A stretch of DNA of 64,000 bases from a virus (taxonomy: Duplodnaviria > Caudoviricetes), in the IMG/VR virus record IMGVR_UViG_3300034061_006011; one strand, written 5' to 3'. Positions within the stretch are counted from its first letter, which is position 1. Every line of letters starts with the position of its first letter. The translations under genes and the position numbers were made by a program. Shown piece by piece: positions 45,536 through 54,549 of this stretch. The notes beneath the pieces were generated by a model. That model was not told the origin of the DNA. It searched no databases and worked only from the letters and a program-made list of their open reading frames with translations.

Positions 45536-46626
45536 TCCATCATAACGATTTCTTCAACTGTTTTGACTTCTAGTTTTTCCCAAAGATCTTTATTAAGGAA
45601 TATGTGATCACATGGATCAGATCCAATAGGTAAATATCTACCTCTACATCTGTTATTGAAAACAGTTGTAGGGATGCCACAAAGTAAACTGTAAGACTTC
45701 AACCATGTGTCAGCAGATATTACTTTTTCTACGGAATGAAGTATCTTTAAGAATATTGATAAATCTATGGGAGTGCTAGATTTATTTCCTGTCATTCTAT
45801 TTGAGGTAAGAAACCAATTGTTTTCACGATTTGGTTTCCATTTATAGAATTCTTTATCACCATCAGATCCAGTTGTTATTACATTGTATCCAAGACCAAG
45901 ATATTTATTAACAATGCAATCGTATTCAAAAACTTCTAAATATCTTTGTCTGTTTGAATCTCTTACTGAGCCGCTTGGTTGAATTATTATTGATTTTTGA
46001 CTTTCAAAATGTGGATGCTTGCCAAACTTTTCAATCCAATTAGTTTTAAAAACCATTCTTTGTTTGTAATAGTTTATATCTCTGCCCCAGTCACCGTAAT
46101 CTAATCCTTTTGCAAGATGTCCGCTTGCTTTAAAATTAATCTTTTTTATCATATAGTCGTAAACTACATTTGCATTTTTTGAACCCATTAAGTTTCTTGC
46201 AACGTAATTATCAAGTCTGAAAAATTGTAAAAATTCTCTACAGAAATCCATACTGCCAGTATTAGCAAAAAATGCAACTTGTGCGTTGGGATCTTCATGA
46301 CAACATGCAAGAAGAAGAATTAAGTCGCCTGTACCACCAAAATTTAAATACCAATTTTTAGAAGGTAACAAAAATTCTTTCAAGCCTCTTACAGCATTGA
46401 AAGCAATATTCTCTTCTAAAAGTTTTCTTTTATTTGTAGATAACTGATCTCTTTTTATCGTGCTTATGATGGTGTGTTTATTAGAAACAGGGTTTCTCCC
46501 CACAGGGGGAGAAATTGTTTCATTCAGCTTTTCAACATTCTTGTTTTGTTTGAACTTGGCTTCAAACTGAGCTTGCTTGAGGAGTCTTTCAATATCTTCC
46601 CGCTTAATATTACTCTGGTGATTCAT
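45532..46626 (-). CDS. GT9-like glycosyltransferase
   Basis: GGTGDLILL; IIIQPSGS; ILHSVEKVISADTW. Confidence 0.7.
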   Translation of the reverse strand: MNHQSNIKREDIERLLKQAQFEAKFKQNKNVEKLNETISPPVGRNPVSNKHTIISTIKRDQLSTNKRKLLEENIAFNAVRGLKEFLLPSKNWYLNFGGTGDLILLLACCHEDPNAQVAFFANTGSMDFCREFLQFFRLDNYVARNLMGSKNANVVYDYMIKKINFKASGHLAKGLDYGDWGRDINYYKQRMVFKTNWIEKFGKHPHFESQKSIIIQPSGSVRDSNRQRYLEVFEYDCIVNKYLGLGYNVITTGSDGDKEFYKWKPNRENNWFLTSNRMTGNKSSTPIDLSIFLKILHSVEKVISADTWLKSYSLLCGIPTTVFNNRCRGRYLPIGSDPCDHIFLNKDLWEKLEVKTVEEIVMMD

Positions 46627-46900
46627 CTGTTGGTCTGCTTTTTAAATATCTGTTTAATGCTGTCATAATTCTTCCTTTAATATCAGGATCATCCACAAAT
46701 GGAATCATTTTTTTAACAATTGATGCCAACTTTGTTGCATCTAAACCTTCGAAAGCAGTCATCAAAATATTTAGACCACCTGTTCCAGCAGTCCCAAGTT
46801 CTTTAGCTTTTGCTTTGTAGTCTGTAATTGCAGCAGAAGCACTTATGGGAACATTTTCATTAAACTGCTGACACCATTCGCCAAATTTCTTAATAGCCAT
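46610..46900 (-). CDS. Small protein with capsid-targeting-like N-terminus
   Basis: MAIKKFGEWCQQFNE. Confidence 0.65.
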   Translation of the reverse strand: MAIKKFGEWCQQFNENVPISASAAITDYKAKAKELGTAGTGGLNILMTAFEGLDATKLASIVKKMIPFVDDPDIKGRIMTALNRYLKSRPTDESPE

Positions 46901-47037
46901 TGTTAGCCTTTCATATTTTTACATATCTTGTTCAAAATCATCAGGTCTCATTATGTGACGCTTTTTTGGTCGTTCTTCAAATTCGTCATCACTACTATGA
47001 TATTTAGTAAGATATTTCTTTATTTTGCTACGCCAAG
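46896..47037. repeat. 142-bp direct repeat, copy 1
   Basis: Matches 47803-47944 with 3 mismatches. Confidence 0.95.
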
Positions 47038-47060
47038 AAGAATATTTAATTTCCCAATAG

Positions 47061-47807
47061 CTAAAGATTAGTTTTGGGATAAAGTATTATGTCACAAGAA
47101 CTATGGTAAGGATATTGTTTAATCATTCTTTCTTTAGATATAGGTGTATTTTTTTGATCAAAAACATTGTAACCAAGTTCATATATGTGATCAATAAATA
47201 AAGGTATGCCTCCATGTTTAATATGATCAATGTAAAGAGAGAGTTCTAAAAGAATGATTGGTTTAAATTTATCAATTGTTTCTTTTGCCCCAAGAAGAAC
47301 TTTGTGTTCATAACCTTCAACGTCAATTTTCAATAAATCTACACGATTTAGATTCTTGCAGTAATCGTCAAGTGTAATTAATTCTGTATCAAAAACAGTT
47401 GGTTGTAATTCAAGAGCACCGGGACTTACTGGAAGATTTATTTCTTGTCCATCTCCACACATTACCCATGAATTGAGCAATTTAACATTTTTAAGAGAAC
47501 TCTTTGAATCGCTAATTCCAACTTGATTATAAACACATTTATCTCCAAATGATTCCAATAATTTCTTACTGCTTTCGATCATGCATGGAGATGGCTCAAA
47601 TAAATGAACTTTTGAATATCCTAGTAGAAGAAAAGAATGAGCCATTCCTCCTATGTTTGATCCTACGTCTAAAGCAACACTTTCATTGTCTTTGAGTGCT
47701 TTTTCCATAGCTTGTTGAAAAGCTGGACCATTTGAAGCCATTGATTGATTTTCAAGGGATTGCTGTGGTGGTTTGTTTTTTGAAGGTTTGTTGCCTGAAT
47801 ATGCCAT
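47061..47807 (-). CDS. FkbM-family methyltransferase
   Basis: ALDVGSNIGG, HLFEPSP, LITLDDY, DLLKIDVEGYEHKVLLGAKETI. Confidence 0.92.
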   Translation of the reverse strand: MAYSGNKPSKNKPPQQSLENQSMASNGPAFQQAMEKALKDNESVALDVGSNIGGMAHSFLLLGYSKVHLFEPSPCMIESSKKLLESFGDKCVYNQVGISDSKSSLKNVKLLNSWVMCGDGQEINLPVSPGALELQPTVFDTELITLDDYCKNLNRVDLLKIDVEGYEHKVLLGAKETIDKFKPIILLELSLYIDHIKHGGIPLFIDHIYELGYNVFDQKNTPISKERMIKQYPYHSSCDIILYPKTNL

Positions 47808-47944
47808 TGTTAGCCTTTCATGTTTTTACATATCTTGTTCAAAATCATCAGGTCTCATTATGTGACGCTTTTTTGGTCGTTCTTCAAATTCGTCATCACT
47901 ACTATGATATTTAACAAGATATTTCTTTATTTTGCTACGCCAAG
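47803..47944. repeat. 142-bp direct repeat, copy 2
   Basis: Contains the 3' end of the upstream gene, the RBS and the FkbM start codon. Confidence 0.95.
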
Positions 47945-48146
47945 TAGCAACTTTTTGTTGATTAACATCAAGGATGGCAGAGAAACCCCTGCCATCCCCG
48001 ATTACACGAAGAAAATCATCCCAGAAAGAATCTCCACCAATATCAATACCCCGTGCTATTAGCTCCAGAGCTTGCTCATCGGTACGCTTTCTATCTTCTT
48101 CCTTATAAGATCGAATACTTTCATTTAAACTAGCAAAATTTGCCAT
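47826..48146 (-). CDS. Small hypothetical protein (start revised to MANF)
   Basis: MANFASLNES; starts 1 nt after the upstream TGA. Confidence 0.7.
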   Translation of the reverse strand: MANFASLNESIRSYKEEDRKRTDEQALELIARGIDIGGDSFWDDFLRVIGDGRGFSAILDVNQQKVATWRSKIKKYLVKYHSSDDEFEERPKKRHIMRPDDFEQDM

Positions 48147-48147
48147 T

Positions 48148-48459
48148 TCACCACTCAATGCTAACGACTTTTAACAAATCACTGGCGGTCCCAGCTGCAT
48201 ATGTTCTCTTTAAATAGAGTGCATTTAAACCATAAGCAACAACAGTATCCATGTTTTTTCCAGCAATATTAGCACCAGAACCTGTGCCACCTTCTGAACC
48301 ATTTGTCAAAGATGACAACCAAGATGATCTTGCATTAACTTGAGCAGAAGCTTCTGTCACAGTTTCATTACCAACCAAATTAATATTATATGGGAGAGAT
48401 GCACTCTCTGGATTAGCTAAATTTAATGTAAATGTAATTGTAGGTTTTGGATTAGCCAC
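48148..48459 (-). CDS. Small hypothetical protein, possibly structural
   Basis: 103 aa, GTG start with AGGAG RBS. Confidence 0.65.
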   Translation of the reverse strand: MANPKPTITFTLNLANPESASLPYNINLVGNETVTEASAQVNARSSWLSSLTNGSEGGTGSGANIAGKNMDTVVAYGLNALYLKRTYAAGTASDLLKVVSIEW

Positions 48460-48667
48460 GGTTTCTCCTTTTTTTATTATGTTTTCTATATCTATCTTTC
48501 TTAGCGCAATTTATTCCTAAAAATTTGCAATCAGATACAGGAACCTCACCTAATGGTCTGGCTTCAACAGCTCCATATTTACTTTTTAAACCAGAATTTT
48601 GCATGATGGCATCATTGTAATGACTGCCTACAACTGGTCCACCTGCCCATTCCCAAAAAGTTAACAT
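48452..48667 (-). CDS. Small basic-tailed protein (start revised to MLTFWEW)
   Basis: TAAATA-N4-ATG; K/R-rich C-terminus. Confidence 0.6.
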   Translation of the reverse strand: MLTFWEWAGGPVVGSHYNDAIMQNSGLKSKYGAVEARPLGEVPVSDCKFLGINCAKKDRYRKHNKKRRNRG

Positions 48668-48674
48668 GACATAT

Positions 48675-49277
48675 TTACTTGCGTAGAAACAAATTATTAT
48701 CCAAAACTTCATAATTTCTTTTTTTGAATTCCAATACCATACCACGTTTACTCAAAACCATGATATTTGAACTCTTAATTTTGTCTAAAAATTTAAAATC
48801 ATTCACATCTTTTAAGTTAAAAAATACAATCGCTTCTTTGGTATCAAATGTTTTTAATGCAATATCTATAGTATCATGCACTATAAACGCCTTGCTTAAT
48901 CTATTTGATATGGATTTTATATTATTAGAATATTCGTCAACATCAAGTTTAGTTAACTTCTGTTTTACTTCATTTCTTTTCTTGTTAAGATACATTTCCA
49001 AGTAATCATTAATAATTAAGTCTTGTTTGGTGAAATGATATTTCTTGATATAATCTATAAAAATATCTGGCTTATCTCTTAAATAACGAAGAAGCATGCA
49101 TTGTTCTTTATCAGAACAATGAATAATTTCTTCTTCTCTTTTTTCTTCAGGAAGATATATGTCTTCAGAAAAATTTAATAAAACAAATTCAGATTTATCA
49201 ATTTGCTCTTTTATTTTTTCACATGTTTTTTTGCTTATCTTCTTGAACTTGTTCCTGAAAATATTCTTAACAAACAT
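48675..49277 (-). CDS. Hypothetical protein
   Basis: 200-aa ORF. Confidence 0.6.
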   Translation of the reverse strand: MFVKNIFRNKFKKISKKTCEKIKEQIDKSEFVLLNFSEDIYLPEEKREEEIIHCSDKEQCMLLRYLRDKPDIFIDYIKKYHFTKQDLIINDYLEMYLNKKRNEVKQKLTKLDVDEYSNNIKSISNRLSKAFIVHDTIDIALKTFDTKEAIVFFNLKDVNDFKFLDKIKSSNIMVLSKRGMVLEFKKRNYEVLDNNLFLRK

Positions 49278-49282
49278 AATAC

Positions 49283-49471
49283 CTACTTTTTTACTTCATA
49301 TATGATCTTTTTGCAATTTTCACAGACAACGTCATATTGTCCATAACCTCTTTTGGAGCCTTGCCAAAAAAATTTGTTATCTTGATTATCTTTACAGCAT
49401 GGAACGCACTTGGCGCTCATCCTTTTTTTGCCATTGTCTGTTATAATTTCAAAAAAACAATCTTCATACAT
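49283..49471 (-). CDS. Small Zn-ribbon-like protein
   Basis: CVPCC ... CENC cysteine pairs. Confidence 0.55.
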   Translation of the reverse strand: MYEDCFFEIITDNGKKRMSAKCVPCCKDNQDNKFFWQGSKRGYGQYDVVCENCKKIIYEVKK

Positions 49472-49523
49472 ACAATAATTAAGTTATTTTGTTGAAAAAT
49501 ACAAACACTATTATAAATAATAT

Positions 49524-50828
49524 ATGAGACATTTTCATCCTACCACTGTACATCTAATGCGTGAATGTGCAACCTTGTTTTGCAAAACAAAAATAGACCC
49601 ATATCTTTACCTAGAAAGATTCATAGAAGTAAACAAGTCTTTCTTCGTAGAAAATGCACAAGTCAAATTCGCCACCCTACTGCTAGAAGCAGATGCAGCT
49701 GGTGGTAGAGACTGGGATCAATACATGAGACAAATGCATGCCTATTGGACAGGAGGACAAGCAGGCATGACTAAAGAAAAATCAGATATATCATATAGCT
49801 ACAATCAAGCTATGAAACATATAGGAAATATGTTAGAATTAGTTAATCAGAATCCAGAAGCTGATGATCCAGCTGTTTTAAGACAAGTAAAAAACAATCT
49901 TAATAAATTAAAATTAAGTTTTGATAATGTCAAACCAATGATTGACAATGTCAGAGACAGAATTATGAATGTCGCTGTTAATAAAATGCAAGGAACCGCT
50001 GCTCCTCTTGCTGGATCTGTTGATTTTAGCCAATTTAGCAATCTGAAAGATGAACAAGTTTTCCCAAAAATGGCAGATATAATCTCAAGGAATCCAGCTG
50101 CTAATACGCCTGAAGGTAAATTCTTGAATATGGTCAAAAACAATCCACTAAGATTCGGTGATACTGCAATAAATGATGCTAAGACACAGCTTCAATTTGT
50201 TGATGAAAGATTAGCTAAAAAAATAATAAAAGACCAAAGATTGATTAGAACCAATGTTATGAGGTCTGGATCGAGTGCTGGAAAAATAAAAATTTACAGT
50301 ATACTTAAAAACAGTTTATTTGGGGTGTTAACACCAGATATAAAATCAGTTTTGATAAAATTTTTCGGAGACGAAAATGCTGTGTTATTGGCATTCTTAA
50401 AGTTCAAAAATATTATGCCACAACAAGATGCACCAAGTAGAATGGAGACTAATCCAACAAAAATTCAAGAAAACAATCAGAACATTGATCGCATACAAAA
50501 TAAATTAACACCAATAATAACCAGTCTAAAATTAAGAATACCTGCAATTACAAACTTGAAAGATATTGTTAAATATGTAAATAACAATAATCCTCCCATC
50601 AATGATCCTACAAATATTATAAATAGAGTTGCAGTTGCAATGGGACCGGGTACAAACCCAGTAAATCTTGCAAATAGTTTTAAATTTGTATTAGATATAA
50701 TTAATAACTATGGTAACGTACCACCCGCTAACAGAAAGTTTTTTAAAGCACAAAACGAAAATTTTAAACTACTATATCAAATGTTAGATAATTTCAGTGC
50801 TGCCTTAGCTGGGTTGCCAACTCCTTAA
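49524..50828 (+). CDS. Hypothetical helical protein, possible internal head protein
   Basis: TATAAATA-N4-ATG; LLLEA protease-like site. Confidence 0.7.
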   Translation: MRHFHPTTVHLMRECATLFCKTKIDPYLYLERFIEVNKSFFVENAQVKFATLLLEADAAGGRDWDQYMRQMHAYWTGGQAGMTKEKSDISYSYNQAMKHIGNMLELVNQNPEADDPAVLRQVKNNLNKLKLSFDNVKPMIDNVRDRIMNVAVNKMQGTAAPLAGSVDFSQFSNLKDEQVFPKMADIISRNPAANTPEGKFLNMVKNNPLRFGDTAINDAKTQLQFVDERLAKKIIKDQRLIRTNVMRSGSSAGKIKIYSILKNSLFGVLTPDIKSVLIKFFGDENAVLLAFLKFKNIMPQQDAPSRMETNPTKIQENNQNIDRIQNKLTPIITSLKLRIPAITNLKDIVKYVNNNNPPINDPTNIINRVAVAMGPGTNPVNLANSFKFVLDIINNYGNVPPANRKFFKAQNENFKLLYQMLDNFSAALAGLPTP

Positions 50829-50977
50829 CGTCTCTTTTTCTTTTTCTTATTGCATCCTAAATCGGACATAGCACCCCAAACTTGGAAGTTTGGGTTGTTT
50901 TTGTCTTTACAACTAACAATAGCTCCAGTTCCAGCCATTTCTAATTTTAATAACCATTTCTTAAATTCGATATTCAT
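50825..50977 (-). CDS. 50-aa basic peptide with capsid-targeting-like N-terminus (start revised)
   Basis: MNIEFKKWLLKLEMAG...KKKKKRR. Confidence 0.6.
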   Translation of the reverse strand: MNIEFKKWLLKLEMAGTGAIVSCKDKNNPNFQVWGAMSDLGCNKKKKKRR

Positions 50978-50981
50978 GATC

Positions 50982-50989
50982 ATATATAT
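50982..50989. promoter_or_regulatory. Palindromic ATATATAT, putative bidirectional late promoter
   Basis: Exactly 4 nt from an ATG on each strand. Confidence 0.5.
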
Positions 50990-50993
50990 TCTC

Positions 50994-51254
50994 ATGAATT
51001 TAAACTTTAAAAAATGGCTCACTGAAGCCGCTCCAGCCGCTCCAGCACCAGCAGCGGCTACTGCTCCATCTGGTGGTGGAGGATCGCCCGGAGGCGGTTT
51101 AACAGGCACAGGAACGGCATTTAAATATACACCATCAAATAGTAATAAAAATAATTGGGCAAAGACACCAGATCAATGGTACAAAAGAGATATTGCAAAT
51201 AAATTTAACAAAGGATGCAGCGGATCACCTTGTCCCAAAAGTCTAACTGGTTGA
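50994..51254 (+). CDS. 86-aa peptide with capsid-targeting-like N-terminus (start revised)
   Basis: MNLNFKKWLTEAAPAAP... Confidence 0.6.
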   Translation: MNLNFKKWLTEAAPAAPAPAAATAPSGGGGSPGGGLTGTGTAFKYTPSNSNKNNWAKTPDQWYKRDIANKFNKGCSGSPCPKSLTG

Positions 51255-51356
51255 TTCAAAATTTAATTCAACACGCATATATACAAATGTCAAATGTGTT
51301 AAAAAACAATTTATGACAAAAACACTAAGTATTTTTAATAAAATTTAGGAGGAAAA

Positions 51357-51686
51357 ATGGGAGCTACATCAGTAACAGGAGTTGGTCAAGGCAGCGCAGA
51401 ATCTGCATGCAAAGGCGCACCGGGTCGTCAGACCCTCGGAGTTGGTCATCTAATCGGACCACACGTTGTTAGCGCAGGAACAACTACACTAGCTGGCGGT
51501 ACAAAAGCACTTGAAATCGCACCACTAACAGGTGTTGCAGCTGATTATATCGTACTTGCTACAGACTATACCGCTGCTGCGGCAGTTAAAGCTGTTCTTA
51601 CAGTTTCTAGCGATATCTGGACTATTACCTTCACAGGCACAAGCACAGATGTTATTCAGTATGCAGTTGTAAGCGTTGGCAACTGA
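51357..51686 (+). CDS. Small G/A/T-rich protein, probable virion decoration protein
   Basis: AGGAGG RBS, own terminator, biased codon usage. Confidence 0.7.
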   Translation: MGATSVTGVGQGSAESACKGAPGRQTLGVGHLIGPHVVSAGTTTLAGGTKALEIAPLTGVAADYIVLATDYTAAAAVKAVLTVSSDIWTITFTGTSTDVIQYAVVSVGN

Positions 51687-51707
51687 ATTTAATAATTAAA
51701 TAAATAT

Positions 51708-51743
51708 AAAACCGTATTAAAGTTATTTTAATACGGTTTTTTT
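51708..51743 (+). terminator. Rho-independent terminator
   Basis: AAAACCGTATTAAA-N5-TTTAATACGGTTTT followed by T-run. Confidence 0.75.
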
Positions 51744-51872
51744 ATGTAAAAATAATTAGAAATATATGCCGCTGATATCGAACCTCATGAAGAAATCATG
51801 AATAAATAACATTAATCATTTGTAATAATTTTATTTTGTTCGGCACCTCTAAATATTGTTAGAGGTGCAAAA

Positions 51873-52823
51873 ATGATCAGCAAAACATTAGCTGCCAATT
51901 ATCAGGAAGATGCAAAACTCTATGTCATCACCCCAATAATTAACCCTCAAAGATACAACAGCAGATACAAACTATACAAAAAATTTGAAAAAATGGTCAA
52001 TGACTCTGGAGCAGTTCTGTACACAATAGAAGCTGCATACGGAAATAGACCATTTGAAGTCACTACATCAGACAACCCACAAAACATTCAAGTAAGAACT
52101 ATATCTGAATTGTGGCACAAAGAAAACATGATCAACGTAGCTGTACAAAGACTTCCATCAAATTGGGAATACGTTGCATGGATTGACGCAGATGTTGCCT
52201 TCGCAAGACCAGATTGGGTCGAAGAAACCATACATCAACTACAACACCACCCAGTAGTCCAAATGTTTAGCACTGCTGTAGACCTTTCTCCTAAACACGA
52301 AATGATAAAAGCACACAAAGGATTTGTTTATAGCTATCTCAACCGTGTACACCAAAAATGCGACAAATATGATCATTGGCACCCCGGTTTTGCTTGGGCA
52401 GCTACAAAATATGCCTTTAATTCATTCGGTGGACTAATAGAAGAAGCAATATTAGGTTCTGGAGACAGACATATGGCTTTTGGTCTAGTAGATAAAATTG
52501 AAATGACTATAAATAAAAAATTCACACAAGCATACAAACGTGTACTAAAAAAATGGGAAACTCTTGCAGTTGAGCATATCAAGAAAAATATAGGATATGT
52601 TGAAGGAACACTATTACATTATTGGCATGGAAAGAAAAAAGATAGAGGTTATAGCTGGAGAAGCAATGTTCTAGTCAAAAATAACTATGACCCAGATACA
52701 GACATAAAAAAAGATTGGCAAGGAATTTATGCCTTAACAGGAAATAAAATTAAATTTAGAGATGAATTGGTACAATACTTTAAATCAAGAAATGAAGATA
52801 GCATAGATGAAGAAATTTGTTAA
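51873..52823 (+). CDS. GT-A-fold glycosyltransferase-like protein
   Basis: LWHKENMINVAV...YVAWIDADVAF (DxD)...HPGFAWA...GSGD. Confidence 0.65.
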   Translation: MISKTLAANYQEDAKLYVITPIINPQRYNSRYKLYKKFEKMVNDSGAVLYTIEAAYGNRPFEVTTSDNPQNIQVRTISELWHKENMINVAVQRLPSNWEYVAWIDADVAFARPDWVEETIHQLQHHPVVQMFSTAVDLSPKHEMIKAHKGFVYSYLNRVHQKCDKYDHWHPGFAWAATKYAFNSFGGLIEEAILGSGDRHMAFGLVDKIEMTINKKFTQAYKRVLKKWETLAVEHIKKNIGYVEGTLLHYWHGKKKDRGYSWRSNVLVKNNYDPDTDIKKDWQGIYALTGNKIKFRDELVQYFKSRNEDSIDEEIC

Positions 52824-52888
52824 TATATAAATCATGAAAAAACAATTTTATTTGTAATAATTTTATTTAAAAAAGTATATATTTTAAT

Positions 52889-53752
52889 ATGATAAGCTTT
52901 ATTGAATATCTTGCAGAAGCTACTACTAATAATAACGACAAAATAAAAATTGTTGTTTTTCAGGGAAGCCCCAGAACAAAAGATTCTTGTTCTGGTGGAG
53001 ACAGTAAAACAAGTTTCTTAATGAACAAAGCAATAAAAGAAATAACAGAAGATGTCAAATTTACAATTGTTGATTTAAAAGTAATGAATGACGATCCACA
53101 AGTTCGTCCATGCAAAGGATGTGTTGGAACCAGTAATGGATTCCAATGCCATTACCCATGTGATTGTTATGCCAAAGATGATGGAACAAATGATCTCATG
53201 TCTGAAGAAGACGTTTATAAAAAAATGGAAGAAGCAGACGGATTTGTTGTTTTTACACCTGTTTATTGGTCAGGTCCATCCAGTCAAGTCAAATCATTGT
53301 TCGACAGACTTGTTTGCGTTAGTTTAACATTATCTGTCGAAGATGCGAAAAAGATTTATGGTAAAGATGTTAAAGATCCCAAGAAAACAATAGCAGCAGA
53401 ACAAAGTGGAAAATATCGTGATCTTTTAAAAAATCATTATGAGGGTAAAGTTGGAGCATTTTTCATACATGGAGACGATGGCGCAAATGATTATGTTGGG
53501 CGCAAGATGCCATTAGCTATGGCTGATTCTAAACCACAAGACTATATCAGCCCAAAAGAAGCTATTATGCCTATTGTTAATCAGTGTCGCTATAGTGGCA
53601 TTTTTGTTCCAGAAAATTGTATAGAAGGAAATGTTTTTGGATATAAAGAAAAATATAGTCAAAATAATATTGATGTTCGTAAAAGTGATTTAATTGACAA
53701 ATCAATTAAACTAATTAAAAATCTAATTAAAGAAATTAAGAAACGAAGATAG
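52889..53752 (+). CDS. NAD(P)H-dependent FMN reductase / iron-sulfur flavoprotein-like
   Basis: QGSPR...SKT; PCKGC...CHYPCDC; ADGFVVFTPVYWSGPSSQVKSLFDRL. Confidence 0.88.
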   Translation: MISFIEYLAEATTNNNDKIKIVVFQGSPRTKDSCSGGDSKTSFLMNKAIKEITEDVKFTIVDLKVMNDDPQVRPCKGCVGTSNGFQCHYPCDCYAKDDGTNDLMSEEDVYKKMEEADGFVVFTPVYWSGPSSQVKSLFDRLVCVSLTLSVEDAKKIYGKDVKDPKKTIAAEQSGKYRDLLKNHYEGKVGAFFIHGDDGANDYVGRKMPLAMADSKPQDYISPKEAIMPIVNQCRYSGIFVPENCIEGNVFGYKEKYSQNNIDVRKSDLIDKSIKLIKNLIKEIKKRR

Positions 53753-53773
53753 CATCGACCATGAAGATTAATC

Positions 53774-54049
53774 TTGACAAAACGATTCAATATAGAGCAT
53801 TGGCAGAAATACCCCTTCCTTCACGCTGAAGCCGATCTTTTGCTCAAATTGGATGAGAAGCACCATAGCAAGAGAACTACGATCCTAAGCCTAAAAATCA
53901 ACCGGCATGGACGATTCAGATTGGCTAAACCATGTTATAAGTGTGAAATAGCTCTTTCTAGATCAAATCTCACAAACGTAATGTGGAGCTTGACAGATGA
54001 AAAAAATCTTTATATGCCAATTTTAGATAGCGCATTAATAAACAAGTAA
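53774..54049 (+). pseudogene. N-terminally truncated Zn-dependent (cytidine/dCMP-type) deaminase
   Basis: HAE and KPCYKC motifs present; in-frame TGA at 53762 leaves only a TTG start 15 codons before HAE. Confidence 0.55.
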
Positions 54050-54050
54050 A

Positions 54051-54380
54051 TTAGATTTTAATTTTTATAATCAACAACCCTATTATCATTAAAATCAGTC
54101 CTACATATCCATTTTTTTCAAGTTTTATATCAAAAAATATTAATGGCAAGAAATAATAAATAGTAACAAATAAAACATCCCAAATAAGACTAAATGCATA
54201 TAATTTTTTCTCATCTTCAAAGTACTTAGTAGTTAAAATCCAAATGCTATTACTTGTTAATCCTAACAATAATGCAAGAGGAATGTACCACCATTTGTTA
54301 TGCAAAGATTTATCAAAACTAATATAACACATTAATGAACAAATTATTCCAACAAATATTAGTGTAATAAATTGGATCAT
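54051..54380 (-). CDS. Four-helix membrane protein (SMR/DMT-like)
   Basis: 109 aa, four hydrophobic segments, ends GLILMIIGLLIIK. Confidence 0.7.
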   Translation of the reverse strand: MIQFITLIFVGIICSLMCYISFDKSLHNKWWYIPLALLLGLTSNSIWILTTKYFEDEKKLYAFSLIWDVLFVTIYYFLPLIFFDIKLEKNGYVGLILMIIGLLIIKIKI

Positions 54381-54498
54381 ACAATATTTATTCGATCTTT
54401 ATACAAAATTAGAATATATCAGTAAATTTTTGATTTTTCCTTCAGAAAGTTTTTACGCCAGACTAACTATTGCTAATTTTTACATGAATACAAACGAA

Positions 54499-54524
54499 GA
54501 AACCGCTTGTTTCCAAGCGGTTTC
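54499..54524 (-). terminator. Terminator after the major capsid gene
   Basis: GAAACCGCTTG-GAAA-CAAGCGGTTTC followed by TTCGTTTGT. Confidence 0.8.
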
Positions 54525-54549
54525 AGCGAAGTTAGCAATGCTCAGAGCG

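Noticed and set aside
46896-47944. Diversity-generating retroelement TR/VR pair
   Set aside because: The three mismatches are not adenine-specific on either strand (AC/GT and T/C on the coding strand), and no reverse transcriptase is in the window
50825-51254. Long overlapping antisense ORF pair as called in the track (50825-51109 and 50850-51254)
   Set aside because: Internal ATGs at 50977 and 50994 give non-overlapping genes with matching promoter and N-terminal motifs
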